Source: Gammaproteobacteria bacterium | Lineage (GTDB): Bacteria; Pseudomonadota; Gammaproteobacteria; Ga0077536 | Assembly (NCBI GenBank): GCA_963662545.2 | Contig: CAXXLL010000002.1 | Span: 512,001-576,000, forward strand | Direction: 5' to 3' | Length of the DNA: 64,000 nucleotides | In this document: piece after piece, positions 31,105 through 41,544 of the stretch | Position numbering within the stretch: the stretch's first letter is position 1 | Layout: each line of letters opens with the position of its first letter | Program-made: the position numbers and the translations under genes | Notes under the pieces: generated by a model | Databases searched by the model: none | The model's input: the letters and a program-made list of their open reading frames with translations, nothing else | Told to the model about the DNA's origin: nothing

Positions 31105-31370
31105 CGCCTGAAACCGTCATCACCGTCGGTCACCGGGCGCTCGAGCTGACGATCGTCCTCATGGGCTTGCTGCTCGGTCCGGCACTCGCAGTCGGCCTTT
31201 TGATCAGCTTGTTTCAGGCGGCCACCCAGATCAACGAGATGACACTGAGCTTTATCCCCAAGCTCCTGGTCACGGTCGGCGTACTGATGTTCGGCGGCCC
31301 TTTCATCATAAAGGTGTTGACCGATTACACGGTTAGGCTCTACCAGTCGATCCCGGGGCTCATCGGATGA
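31101..31370 (+). CDS. fliQ: FliQ
   Basis: [17 protein letters not shown]. Confidence 0.96.
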   Translation: MTPETVITVGHRALELTIVLMGLLLGPALAVGLLISLFQAATQINEMTLSFIPKLLVTVGVLMFGGPFIIKVLTDYTVRLYQSIPGLIG

Positions 31371-31389
31371 TGGCAATGGAGCGGGGAGC

Positions 31390-32169
31390 TTGATCGCCGT
31401 CACTGAAGCCACCGTGTTGCAACTGCTCGCAAGCTGGATGTGGCCGTTCATGCGCATCGCCGGATTCGCCATGACCGCGCCCGTCATTGGCACGCGCGCG
31501 GTGCCTATGCGCATACGACTGATCTTCGCGCTATCGTTGACCGGCGTGCTGGCGCCGGTGGTCGCGCCCACCGCAGGGATCGATCCGCTGGCCGCGGAAG
31601 GCCTGTTGACCGGCGCGCACCAGATCGTCGTCGGTGCCACCATCGGGCTCGTCATGCGCCTGTTGTTTTTCGTGTTCGAATTTGCGGGCCAGGTCGTGGC
31701 GCAGCAAATGGGCCTCGGCTTTGCCTCGCTGATCGATCCGCAGACCGGCGCGCAGGTCCCGGTGCTCGCCCAGTTCTATATCATCCTGGCGACCTTGCTA
31801 TTCTTCGTGATGGACGCACATTTGGCGCTGATCGCCCTGCTGGCCGAGAGCTTCGAGGTACTGCCGATTGGGCCGGCCGGGATCACCCAGGCCGGCGCGG
31901 GGATCGTCATCGAGTGGTCGGCTGATCTGATCGCCACAGCGTTGCTGCTCGGGCTCCCGATTCTGGTCGCACTGCTGGCGATCAATTTCGGACTCGGGGT
32001 CATGGCCCGCGCTGCACCGCAGCTCAATATCTTCGCCGTAGGTTTCCCCGTCATGATCTTTTTTGGGGTGATACTCGTCTTCCTTTCGCTCGATTCACTG
32101 CCCGGAGTAGCGCGTTCATTGTTCGTTTCGGCGCTCGAGACTATCCGCCTGGTACTGGCAGCACCGTGA
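31390..32169 (+). CDS. fliR: FliR
   Basis: QMGLGFA..DP, RAAPQLNIFAVGFP. Confidence 0.95.
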   Translation: MIAVTEATVLQLLASWMWPFMRIAGFAMTAPVIGTRAVPMRIRLIFALSLTGVLAPVVAPTAGIDPLAAEGLLTGAHQIVVGATIGLVMRLLFFVFEFAGQVVAQQMGLGFASLIDPQTGAQVPVLAQFYIILATLLFFVMDAHLALIALLAESFEVLPIGPAGITQAGAGIVIEWSADLIATALLLGLPILVALLAINFGLGVMARAAPQLNIFAVGFPVMIFFGVILVFLSLDSLPGVARSLFVSALETIRLVLAAP

Positions 32170-32170
32170 C

Positions 32171-33289
32171 ATGGCAGAAAACCAGGACAGCCAGGAACGC
32201 ACCGAGCAACCGACACCGAAACGGTTGGAGGATGCCCGCAAGAAGGGGCAGATCGCCCGCTCGCGAGAACTCTCGACCATGTTCATCCTGCTGGGTGGCG
32301 CGCTCGCACTTTTTTTCAGCGGCGGACACCTCCTGACCGGCTTGAGCGACGTCATGACCGCAAGCTTTCAGTTGTCGCACGAGGAAGTCTTCGCGCCGCA
32401 CCTGTTGCCGAGGCGCCTGGTCGAACTGATCCAGACCGCATTGATCGCGATTGGGCCGCTGCTGGCAATGGCGGCGGCGGTTTCACTCACCGCGCCGCTG
32501 GCTCTCGGCGGGTGGACTCTGAGCGCAGAGGCCATGCAGCCCAAATTCGAGCGCCTCGATCCGATCAAGGGATTGAAGAGGGTGTTTGGGCCCAAAGGAT
32601 TGATGGAAGGCATCAAGGCATTTGCCAAATTCGTTCTGATTCTCGGTTTCGCGGTGCTCGTACTCTACGTGAAACGGGATGCCATTCTCGGCCTCAGTCG
32701 CGGCGACGTGTCTTCGAGCCTGGCGGCGGGCGCGCAGATCCTGTTTATGACTTTCGTGATCGTCAGCTCCGCAACCATCTTCATTGCGCTCGTCGACGTG
32801 CCGTTTCAATTGTGGCAGCACAACAAACAGATGCGCATGTCGCGCCAGCAGCTCAAGGACGAATTAAAGGAAACGGATGGCGCGCCGGAACTCAAGGCGC
32901 GGGTGCGTGCTCTCCAGCAGGAAATCGCACGCCGCCGCATGATGGAAGACGTGCCGAACGCCGATGTGGTGGTGACCAACCCGGAGCATTTCGCGGTGGC
33001 GCTCAAATTCGATGTCGATACCATGCGCGCGCCTGTCGTTGTCGCCAAGGGGGTGGAAGAAGTCGCGCAGAACATTCGCGACGTTGCGCAGGCACACGAT
33101 GTGACCATCATGTCGGCTCCACCACTCGCGCGAGCGCTCTATCACACGACGAAGATCAATCGCGAGATCCCTGCGGGGCTCTACCTGGCCGTCGCCAGGG
33201 TGCTTGCCTACGTGTTTCAGCTGCGTGCCGGTGTCGTGGATCGGTCCTTACCCGAGGATCTGCCGATCCCGGCGGACTTTGAATACTAA
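32171..33289 (+). CDS. flhB: Export switch protein FlhB
   Basis: ERTE.PT.KRL..AR.KGQ, NPEH autocleavage motif, PPLARALY. Confidence 0.96.
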   Translation: MAENQDSQERTEQPTPKRLEDARKKGQIARSRELSTMFILLGGALALFFSGGHLLTGLSDVMTASFQLSHEEVFAPHLLPRRLVELIQTALIAIGPLLAMAAAVSLTAPLALGGWTLSAEAMQPKFERLDPIKGLKRVFGPKGLMEGIKAFAKFVLILGFAVLVLYVKRDAILGLSRGDVSSSLAAGAQILFMTFVIVSSATIFIALVDVPFQLWQHNKQMRMSRQQLKDELKETDGAPELKARVRALQQEIARRRMMEDVPNADVVVTNPEHFAVALKFDVDTMRAPVVVAKGVEEVAQNIRDVAQAHDVTIMSAPPLARALYHTTKINREIPAGLYLAVARVLAYVFQLRAGVVDRSLPEDLPIPADFEY

Positions 33290-33451
33290 GGAACCTCTGA
33301 ATAAGTCATGGCCCATCTGCCTTGCCCATGAAATCGCGCAGCTCGGCGTTACGAACCTTGTCCATAGTCCCCGCTATGGCCGGCGATTCGTGCCTTGATC
33401 TGCACAATTTCACGAACCATTCAGACGCACCATGACTTATTCAGAGGTTCC
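33290..33451. mobile_element. 162-bp MITE, copy 2 (IS5-like ends)
   Basis: Same IRs as 23388-23549; 4-bp duplication CTAA overlapping the flhB stop. Confidence 0.85.
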
Positions 33452-33466
33452 CTAAACGGCAGCGAC

Positions 33467-35597
33467 ATGGCCACCACCCTTGTGAACAACGGACCGGTAA
33501 TCAATTTGCTGAGCAATATTCAGCGCTGGGGTGTCGGTGCGCCGCTCCTGCTGATGGCCATGCTGGCCATGATGGTGATCCCGCTGCCGCCGTTTCTGCT
33601 GGACATCTTGTTCACTTTCAATATCTCGCTTGCGCTGGTGGTGCTGCTGGCTGGCATCTACAGCAAGCGGCCGCTCGATTTCGCCGTGTTCCCGACCCTG
33701 CTCCTGATCGCCACCTTGTTGCGCCTGTCGCTCAACGTCGCTTCGACGCGGATCGTCCTGCTGAACGGCCACACCGGCACCGACGCCGCGGGGCAGGTGA
33801 TCCGCGCCTTTGGCGACTTCGTCGTCGGCGGTAACTACGCGGTCGGTTTCGTCGTTTTCGCGATCCTGGTGATCATCAATTTCGTGGTGGTCACCAAGGG
33901 CGCGGGCCGTATTGCGGAAGTCAGTGCGCGATTCACTCTGGACTCGATGCCGGGCAAGCAGATGGCGATCGACGCGGATCTCAACGCCGGCATCGTCAAC
34001 CAGGAAGAAGCGAAGCTGCGCCGGCAGGAAGTGGCGCAAGAGGCCGATTTCTACGGCGCCATGGACGGGGCCAGCAAGTTCGTCCGTGGCGACGCCATTG
34101 CCGGCATCCTCATCCTGTTCATCAACATCTTGGGCGGCCTCGTGATCGGCACCGTGCAGCACGGGATGCCGCTGGGAGAAGCCGTTCGCGTCTTTACTCT
34201 ACTCACCATCGGCGACGGCTTGGTCGCTCAGATCCCTTCGCTGCTGCTGGCGACGGCCGCGGCGATCATGCTCACACGCGTATCGACCGAACACGACGTC
34301 GGCGAGCAGGTTCTCACCCAGCTTTTCGACCGTCCCAAGGGCCTGGCAGTAACCGGCGGCGTGCTCGGGGTCATGGGGGTCATTCCGGGCATGCCCAACG
34401 TTCCCTTTCTACTCATGGCCGTCGGCGCTCTCGCGGGCGCCTGGTGGATAAACGAACGCAACAAGGAGCGCGCCGTCGCGGCCGAACTGCAGCCGCCCGC
34501 GCCGCCGTTGCCGGAGACGATCGAGCTTAGCTGGGACGACGTACTGCCGACCGATGTCATCGGCTACGTTCGGCCTCGAAGTCGGCTACCGCCTCATTCC
34601 GCTGGTCGATCGCGAGCAAAACGGTCAATTACTCGGGCGGCTTCGCGGCGTGCGCAAGAAACTGTCACAGGAACTCGGCTTTCTCATTCCGGCGGTGCAT
34701 ATTCGGGACAACCTGGATCTCGAGCCGAGCACCTATCGCTTGTCGATTCACGGCGCGGTGATCGGTCAGTCGGTGGTGCAGATGGACAAGGAACTCGCGA
34801 TCAACCCCGGTGAGGTCTACGGCGAACTCAAGGGCACGGTAACACGCGACCCCGTGTTTGATCTCGACGCCGTCTGGATCGGGGAGGACCAGCGCGAGCA
34901 GGCGCAGTCGCTGGGCTACACCGTGGTCGACGCGAGTACCGTTATTGCGACCCATTTGAGCCAGATCATCCAGGAACACGCCTGCGCGTTACTTGGACAC
35001 GACGAGGCGCAGAAACTGCTCGATGGGCTCACCCGTACGAATCCGAAACTGGTCGAAGATCTGGTGCCTAAGGTGCTGCCTTTGAGCGTTGTCGTGAAAG
35101 TGCTGCAAAACCTGCTGGCCGAGCAAATCCCGGTGCGCGACATCCGCACCATTCTCGAAGTGCTGGCCGAACACGGACCGCAGACCACCGACACCATCAC
35201 CCTGACCGGACTCGTACGCGCGTCACTGGGCCGGCTTATCGTGCAGCAGATCAACGGCCTCGGCGGCGAACTGCCCGTGATCACGCTCGATTTTTCACTG
35301 GAGCGGCTCTTGCAGCAGTCGATGGAAACGATGACGAGCGGGGCCATGGCCGTCGAGCCCAACCTCGCGAACCGGCTGCTCACCGCCCTGCGCGAAGCGC
35401 ACGAAGCACGCGAACTTGCCGGACAGCCCTCCGTTTTGTTGGTTGCCGATGGCCTGCGCGAATTTCTCGCACGGTTTACGCGTGCCGCGATCAAGAGCTT
35501 AAACGTCGTCGGGTTCAATGAGATCCCGAGCGACACACAGATTCGGATCGTCGCGACCGTCGGCGATGCGGCGTTGAGCGACGAAGGGGCGGCTTGA
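33467..35597 (+). pseudogene. flhA: FlhA frameshifted by a 10-bp insertion at 34565-34574
   Basis: TM half (EVSARFTLD.MPGKQMAIDADL, FYGAMDGASKFV) and cytoplasmic half (LEVGYRLIP...) are in different frames; deleting TACGTTCGGC restores DVIGLEVGYRLIP. Confidence 0.9.
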
Positions 35598-35672
35598 GGC
35601 CGGTGGGCCGATGGCGCATATCGTCATTAAAGCCATGAAGATGGAGCATTTCCGACAAAGGGAGAGCAAGGG

Positions 35673-36893
35673 ATGAAGGTCAAACGCTATTTTGCCTCGA
35701 ACATGCGCTCCGCGCTCGACATGATCAAGCAAGCGCAGGGCGCGGACGTATTGATCCTGTCGAACCGCAAGGTCGACGGTGGCGTCGAACTTATCACCGG
35801 CGACGAGCTGACGGAGCAGGAAGCCGCGCGCCTGGCCGAACAGCCCGGCACCCGTACGCGCGGGAGTGATGTGGCCGACACCGCGGTCCTGCCGCAAGAA
35901 GCCGGTGAAAAAGCCCAGGAGGCCATACCGTTGTTGCCGCCGGACGCCGACACCCGTGATTATCTGTGGACGGATGCCGGTACGGTCGAGCAAATGCGTG
36001 TTGAACTCAACAATCTGAAGGGCCTGCTCGAGACGCAATTGTCCGGCCTCGCATGGTCGGAATTTGGTAATCGACACCCCTTGCGGGCCCGCTTGCTGCG
36101 CGTACTGATTCAGTTGGGAATCTGTCCGCACCTCGCGCGTTCGCTGGTGGCGGAAGTACCGGACGAAATTGATTACCGCGCCGGCTGGCACCGCGTACTC
36201 GCCACACTGATCGTTCGTATGAAAGCGCTCGATGATCCGATCATCCGTCACGGCGGCAAGATCGCCCTGCTCGGACCGACAGGTGTCGGCAAGAGCACCA
36301 TCGCCACCAAACTCGCGGCGCGATACGCCATTGAATACGGTGCGGCAAACGTCGCACTGATTTCGATGGACGATCGGCGACTCGGCGCCCATCAGCAGCT
36401 CAAGGCCTTTGGTCGGTTGATCGGCACTGCGGTTTACTTTGCGCGCGATACCGACGAACTCGCGACACTTTTGAGCGATCTCGAACGCCGCAGACTGGTC
36501 CTGATCGATACGCCCGGCGCTGCGCCGGACGATGCGCGCTACACCGGCCTCGCGGCCAATCTGGAAGGTCTCGATGCGGGAATTCACCTTTACAAGGTGT
36601 TGTCTGCGACGACCGACTATCTGGCCGCGACGAAACTGTTGAGGGCGACAGAGAACCACCTGCTGTCGGGATGTATTCTGACCAAGATCGACGAAGCCGC
36701 AACCCTCGGTCCGCCGCTCTCGGCCATCGTTGAATCCGGCCTGCCGCTGGCCTATACGAGTGCGGGTCAACGCGTCCCGGATGATCTCGATATCGCCGAT
36801 AGCCACGGGCTGCTGAAACGCGCGGTCGAGTTGGCCAAGACAGCGCCGGTACCGCGCGACCGGACCGTACTCGAACAGGCGTTTTCCGAATGA
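35673..36893 (+). CDS. flhF: SRP-family GTPase FlhF
   Basis: MKVKRYFA, GPTGVGKST..KLAA, LIDTPG, TKIDE, GQRVPDD. Confidence 0.95.
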   Translation: MKVKRYFASNMRSALDMIKQAQGADVLILSNRKVDGGVELITGDELTEQEAARLAEQPGTRTRGSDVADTAVLPQEAGEKAQEAIPLLPPDADTRDYLWTDAGTVEQMRVELNNLKGLLETQLSGLAWSEFGNRHPLRARLLRVLIQLGICPHLARSLVAEVPDEIDYRAGWHRVLATLIVRMKALDDPIIRHGGKIALLGPTGVGKSTIATKLAARYAIEYGAANVALISMDDRRLGAHQQLKAFGRLIGTAVYFARDTDELATLLSDLERRRLVLIDTPGAAPDDARYTGLAANLEGLDAGIHLYKVLSATTDYLAATKLLRATENHLLSGCILTKIDEAATLGPPLSAIVESGLPLAYTSAGQRVPDDLDIADSHGLLKRAVELAKTAPVPRDRTVLEQAFSE

Positions 36894-37753
36894 CGCGCGA
36901 TCATCCCCACCGGCACGGCAGCGCTACGCCGACCCGCGTGATCGCAGTCACCAGTGGTAAGGGCGGCGTCGGCAAGACCACGGTTTCGATCAACCTCGCC
37001 GTCGCGCTCGGCGAATTAGGCCATGAAGTCATGTTGCTCGACGCCGATCTCGGTCTTGCCAACGTCGACGTACTGCTCGGCCTGTCGCCCCAGCGGACAC
37101 TCTCGGATGTTATCGAAGGCAAGTGCGCACTCGCTGATATCATCGTTTATGGTCCCGAGGGCATCGGTATCGTTCCTGCGGCGTCGGGCATACAACGCAT
37201 GGCGGAACTGACGGATTTCGAACGCGCCGGCCTGTTGGGCGCCTTCGGACAGCTCGAACAGACGGCCGATTTCATGATTGTCGATACAGCTGCGGGGATT
37301 GCCTCGAACACTTTGCAATTTTGCGACGCTTCGCAGGAAGTGCTGGTCGTGGTGTGTGACGACCCGGCGTCGATCACCGACGCCTACGCCACGATCAAGG
37401 TCCTGAACCAGCGGACCGGGCGGCAGCGGTTTCGCGTCCTCGTGAACATGGCACGCCACGAAGCCGTGGCGATGCAGCTCTATCAGCGATTGGTCGAAGT
37501 GACCGATCGCTATCTCGACGTGAGCCTGGATTTTGCCGGCCGGATACCCTTTGACGCTGTGGTCGGAGCAGCCATGCGCCGCCGTCAGTGCGTGATCAAG
37601 GCGTATCCAGCCAGCAAATCGGCGCTCGCATTCAAGAATCTGGCAAGCACGACCGATAACTGGCCTATACCTCGCGGGGCGAGCGGCCACCTGGAGTTCT
37701 TCGTGGAACGGGTAGTCCGCTCGGAATCGCGTGGGAGGGTGGCCCAGGTATGA
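36890..37753 (+). CDS. fleN: Flagellar number regulator FleN/FlhG (MinD-like ATPase)
   Basis: SGKGGVGKT, DADLGLANVD, DTAAG, P.SITDAYA. Confidence 0.94.
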   Translation: MTRDHPHRHGSATPTRVIAVTSGKGGVGKTTVSINLAVALGELGHEVMLLDADLGLANVDVLLGLSPQRTLSDVIEGKCALADIIVYGPEGIGIVPAASGIQRMAELTDFERAGLLGAFGQLEQTADFMIVDTAAGIASNTLQFCDASQEVLVVVCDDPASITDAYATIKVLNQRTGRQRFRVLVNMARHEAVAMQLYQRLVEVTDRYLDVSLDFAGRIPFDAVVGAAMRRRQCVIKAYPASKSALAFKNLASTTDNWPIPRGASGHLEFFVERVVRSESRGRVAQV

Positions 37754-38490
37754 AAGACATCGCGGCCTATAAGAGGACAGCGAATTCCGACATCTCATCG
37801 CGTAGCCAGAATGAGGTGGTGGATGAGTATGCGCCGCTGGTCAAGCGCATTGCCTATCATCTGATGACCCGTTTGCCGCCGACGGTGCAGGTGGACGACT
37901 TGATCCAATCCGGCATGATCGGGCTGCTTGAAGCCGCGCGAAACTATGATCCGACCCAGGGCGCCAGCTTCGAGACCTACGCCGGTATTCGTATCCGCGG
38001 CGCCATGTTGGACGAGATCCGTAAAGGAGACTGGGCGCCCCGTTCGCTACACCGCAAGGTCCGCGCGATCACCAAGGCAGTCGCCGACATCGAAGCCCAG
38101 TTCGGGCGCGACGCCCGCGACGCTGAAGTGGCGGAGCACGTTGGCATGTCGCTCGATGACTATTACCACACGCTCCAGGACGCGACGGGCTATCGTGTGT
38201 TCAGTTTTGAAAACCTGCCTGCGGGTGAGGAGGGTATGACCGAAAGCCTGACCGTGAAGTTTCCCGAGCCCTTGGAGAACGTGCAGAACGATCTCTTCAA
38301 GGAGGCGCTGGCCGAGGCGATTGCAGGACTACCCGAGCGAGAACGCCTGGTGATGTCGCTTTACTACAAGGAAGAACTGAATTTGCGGGAGACCGGCGAC
38401 GTACTGGGCGTCAGCGAATCGCGCGTGTGCCAGATCCATTCACAGGCGCTGATCCGGCTCAAATCGCGCATGGTCGAATGGACGCGTTGA
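37750..38490 (+). CDS. fliA: RNA polymerase sigma28 FliA
   Basis: DDLIQ.GMIGL.EA, RIRGAMLDE.R..DW.PRS, VSESRVCQIH. Confidence 0.96.
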   Translation: MKDIAAYKRTANSDISSRSQNEVVDEYAPLVKRIAYHLMTRLPPTVQVDDLIQSGMIGLLEAARNYDPTQGASFETYAGIRIRGAMLDEIRKGDWAPRSLHRKVRAITKAVADIEAQFGRDARDAEVAEHVGMSLDDYYHTLQDATGYRVFSFENLPAGEEGMTESLTVKFPEPLENVQNDLFKEALAEAIAGLPERERLVMSLYYKEELNLRETGDVLGVSESRVCQIHSQALIRLKSRMVEWTR

Positions 38491-38546
38491 GATGACGGGC
38501 GGCGACGGCGCTTAGGGCCATCCCATCGTTGACAGGCGAGGTGTTC

Positions 38547-38939
38547 GTGAACAAAGGCATACGAATTCTTCTGGTCGACGATTCACTGATAATGCGCATG
38601 CGCGTGGAAGACCTGTTGCGTGACCTGGGATTTTTCCATATCAAGCTGGCCGACGACGGCCGATCGGCCCTCGCCGAACTGAGCCATGCCCGCTTCGATA
38701 TTGTCATCACCGATTCCATCATGCCGCAGGTGGGCGGCATTGAACTAATTCGAAGAATGCGTTCGGATCCGAACACCGCCAATGTGCCTGCCCTCATGAT
38801 GACGGGCGAAGCGGGCGGCGAACAGTCGCGTTTGGCGAGAAAAATAGGTGCGAACGCATGCATTGACAAGCCATTCTCCGCTAGCGAACTCGGACGGAAG
38901 ATCGAAGCGATCTTTTCCCCGCTCGAATGCGCGGTTTGA
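38547..38939 (+). CDS. cheY: CheY-like single-domain response regulator
   Basis: ILLVDD, ITD..MP..G, M.T.E and KPF motifs; cheY position after fliA; divergent sequence. Confidence 0.7.
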   Translation: MNKGIRILLVDDSLIMRMRVEDLLRDLGFFHIKLADDGRSALAELSHARFDIVITDSIMPQVGGIELIRRMRSDPNTANVPALMMTGEAGGEQSRLARKIGANACIDKPFSASELGRKIEAIFSPLECAV

Positions 38940-39088
38940 AGCTGCGCCGGCTCACCGAGCCGGCTACGTCACCCGTCAGTTTTCCTGTAATCGGCCGCTA
39001 TACCTACCAGGGATAGGCAGTGTGCCCGGGCTGGTACGGCCGGGAGCCGGTGCCGGCCGGGACCCGTGTCAACTCGGCGCGAACAACG

Positions 39089-39847
39089 ATGATACGCATG
39101 CACAGGATCGACACACTCAGCTTGACGGGCATCATGATTGCCTTCTGCGCCGTATTGATCGGTCAGCACCTCGAGGGCGGTCAGATTTCGACGCTGGTCA
39201 ACGGACCGGCGGGCTTGATCGTCGTCGGCGGTAGCCTCGGCGCAACGATGCTGCAATCGCCCATGCCCATCTTCGTACGCGCGTTGATGATGCTGGCTTG
39301 GATCGTGCATCCTCCCGCACTCCGGCCCGAGGCGATGCTGCGGGAAATTGTGGACTGGGCGCGCCTCGCCCGCCGCGAAGGCCTGCTCGGTCTCGAGAAC
39401 ATCGTCGAATCCGTCGGTGACGACTATGCGCGCAAGGGCCTGCAGCTTGTAATCGACGGCAATGAGCCCGATATCATTCGCGACACGCTCGAACTCGACA
39501 GCCTGGCGCGCGAGCGCCGCGATCTGGACTCGGCGAAAGTGCTCGATGGCATCGGCGGCTACGCGCCCACGTTCGGGATCCTCGGCGCCGTCATGGGCCT
39601 GATCCAGGTCATGGACAATCTTGCTGATCCTTCGATGCTGGGCGAGGGTATCGCGGTCGCGTTCGTCGCGACCGTCTACGGCGTCGGCCTCGCCAACCTC
39701 GTGTTCATCCCCGCCGCTAACAAACTCAAGGCCATCGTTCGTGAAGAGTCGCGCCTGCAGGAACTCATTGCCATCGGAATCTGCGCGATCGCCGATGGCG
39801 AAAACCCACGCGTCGTCGAAGCACGCTTGCAGGGGTTGGTGGTTTAG
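39089..39847 (+). CDS. motC: Stator subunit MotA/MotC
   Basis: ARREGLLGLE, GGYAPT.GI.GAVMGLI, AFVAT.YG. Confidence 0.9.
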   Translation: MIRMHRIDTLSLTGIMIAFCAVLIGQHLEGGQISTLVNGPAGLIVVGGSLGATMLQSPMPIFVRALMMLAWIVHPPALRPEAMLREIVDWARLARREGLLGLENIVESVGDDYARKGLQLVIDGNEPDIIRDTLELDSLARERRDLDSAKVLDGIGGYAPTFGILGAVMGLIQVMDNLADPSMLGEGIAVAFVATVYGVGLANLVFIPAANKLKAIVREESRLQELIAIGICAIADGENPRVVEARLQGLVV

Positions 39848-40773
39848 TGAGTCTGCACGCGAGACGAGTGCGTAGGCGTCTCTCAGCGGCCGCGATTGAC
39901 GAAGGAGAAATTTCGGACCGCTGGATCCTGTCGTACGCAGACTTCATCACACTCCTATTCGCGTTCTTCGTCGTCATGTACTCCATTTCCTCGGTCAACG
40001 ACGGCAAGTTCAGGGTGCTGTCGGAATCGATGGCCACGGTTTTCCACGACGAATCTCCATTGCCCGCGCCCGTCGACCTGGGTGGCGGTATGCCCGGCCT
40101 CTATCGGTATCCCGGAGCGGACGAGGGAGGGTCGCCGTCGCGCATGCAGGAGTTTGTGGCACTGGACGACTTTCCCGTGCCGGTGGCCGAGATCGACTCC
40201 CGGGATCTGCGCTCCGATCAGCTCGCGCGCAAAGTCGAGCAGATCCTGAAGGGCGCGATCGAAATGAAGCAGGTCAACGTTCGGGACAGTGAAAACTGGA
40301 CGGAGGTCGAGCTTGATAGTGAGTTCATGTTCGAAACCGGTCAGGGGCGGCTCAGTCGCGAGGCAGCGGAACTGATCAAGCAGGTCGCGGACTTGATCCA
40401 GGCGACCGATACGCCCGTGCGAGTCGAAGGTTTCACCGACGACATCTCGTTGACCGGCGGTATTTACGGCTCCAACTGGGAATTGTCGGCCGCACGCGCC
40501 GCGAATGTGGTGGCAGCGTTCGCGCAGGCTGGCGTCGAGCCGCAACGCATGTCCGCGACTGGTTTTGGTGAGTTGCACCCGGTCGCCGACAACGCGACCC
40601 GCGATGGTCGCCGCAAAAATCGACGGGTAGTCATCGCCATTGCCAAGCACAAGCAGGTACCTGATGCGAGCGCCACGCTTGCCGCCGCGCGCCGCGACGC
40701 CGTGGAAGAATTGCCGCTCAGGACGCTGCAGCGGGTGACGGGATTGCCCGGGCCCGAAGCGATCTCGCTGTGA
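39847..40773 (+). CDS. motD: Stator subunit MotB/MotD
   Basis: RW..SYADFITLLFAFFVVMY, OmpA-like VEG.TD, NWELS.ARA, NRRV. Confidence 0.92.
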   Translation: MSLHARRVRRRLSAAAIDEGEISDRWILSYADFITLLFAFFVVMYSISSVNDGKFRVLSESMATVFHDESPLPAPVDLGGGMPGLYRYPGADEGGSPSRMQEFVALDDFPVPVAEIDSRDLRSDQLARKVEQILKGAIEMKQVNVRDSENWTEVELDSEFMFETGQGRLSREAAELIKQVADLIQATDTPVRVEGFTDDISLTGGIYGSNWELSAARAANVVAAFAQAGVEPQRMSATGFGELHPVADNATRDGRRKNRRVVIAIAKHKQVPDASATLAAARRDAVEELPLRTLQRVTGLPGPEAISL

Positions 40774-40803
40774 GGCGGGCGGTCGACCGTGGATTCTCCA
40801 AGC

Positions 40804-40819
40804 TGGCACGGAGAATGCC
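40804..40819 (+). promoter_or_regulatory. sigma54 promoter downstream of motD
   Basis: TGGCACGGAGAATGCC, GG-N10-GC. Confidence 0.55.
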
Positions 40820-40975
40820 TTGGTAACATTCAAGCCGGGGTGCATGACCGGATTTTGACGCCTCGCCCATTTCGTCGAGGCCGCATATGAACGTCGAATC
40901 TGTGAGCAAACAGCAAGACTGCTTAGGCGAATTCAACGCAATCGGGGTGGCGTGATCGGAGCATCGCAGATCGCC

Positions 40976-41134
40976 ATGGAGATCAAGCCCACTAATCCCA
41001 TGCCGCCCGTCGCTCCCGCCAGGAAGGTCGAACGGCAGGACAGTCAGCGGCGAGATGAAGCCCCCAAGCGCCGCAGGCGCGAAGACCGTGACGGTCGCGA
41101 AGACAACGAGCCTGGAATCGATACCTACGCCTGA
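40976..41134 (+). CDS. Small charged hypothetical protein (52 aa) ending GIDTYA
   Basis: GGAG upstream of the ATG; ends 2 nt before the next gene. Confidence 0.5.
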   Translation: MEIKPTNPMPPVAPARKVERQDSQRRDEAPKRRRREDRDGREDNEPGIDTYA

Positions 41135-41136
41135 AT

Positions 41137-41544
41137 ATGATCTACACGCTCCCGGAAATTCTCGTGTCCACAGTCGCACTCGCCGTGGCAGTACTTGCCG
41201 TATGGCAGATCCGTCAATCGCGCCTCATGCGGCGGCTCGAAGCCGCAATGACCGAGCAGCGCAAAAACAGCCAGAGATTGAACCAACATCTGACGGCACT
41301 CCTCGAATGCTCCCGCCGGATTGGCGAGCGCCTGGGCGAAAACGAACGCGCGCAACGTGCCATGCAGAAACAAATCGATAGCGCGCCAGCGGGCGACGAA
41401 AACGAGGTCGCCATCAAACACGCCTTGAAGCTCCTCGAAAACGGCTGGGCTTTATCAGAGGTCACCGAAATCTGCGACCTCACCCAAGGCGAAGTCGAAA
41501 TCCTGCAAAATCTCACCCGCCACCAGAACCAAGACGCCGCCTGA
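41137..41544 (+). CDS. DUF2802-like membrane-anchored coiled-coil protein
   Basis: N-terminal TM, coiled coil, C-terminal A.KL..G....E....C.L..GE.E.L; typical end of flagellar/che clusters. Confidence 0.7.
   Translation: MIYTLPEILVSTVALAVAVLAVWQIRQSRLMRRLEAAMTEQRKNSQRLNQHLTALLECSRRIGERLGENERAQRAMQKQIDSAPAGDENEVAIKHALKLLENGWALSEVTEICDLTQGEVEILQNLTRHQNQDAA

Noticed and set aside
19580-35597. Non-flagellar injectisome (T3SS) interpretation
   Set aside because: Rod, hook, L/P rings, FliM/FliG and stators are flagellar; no secretin or needle genes
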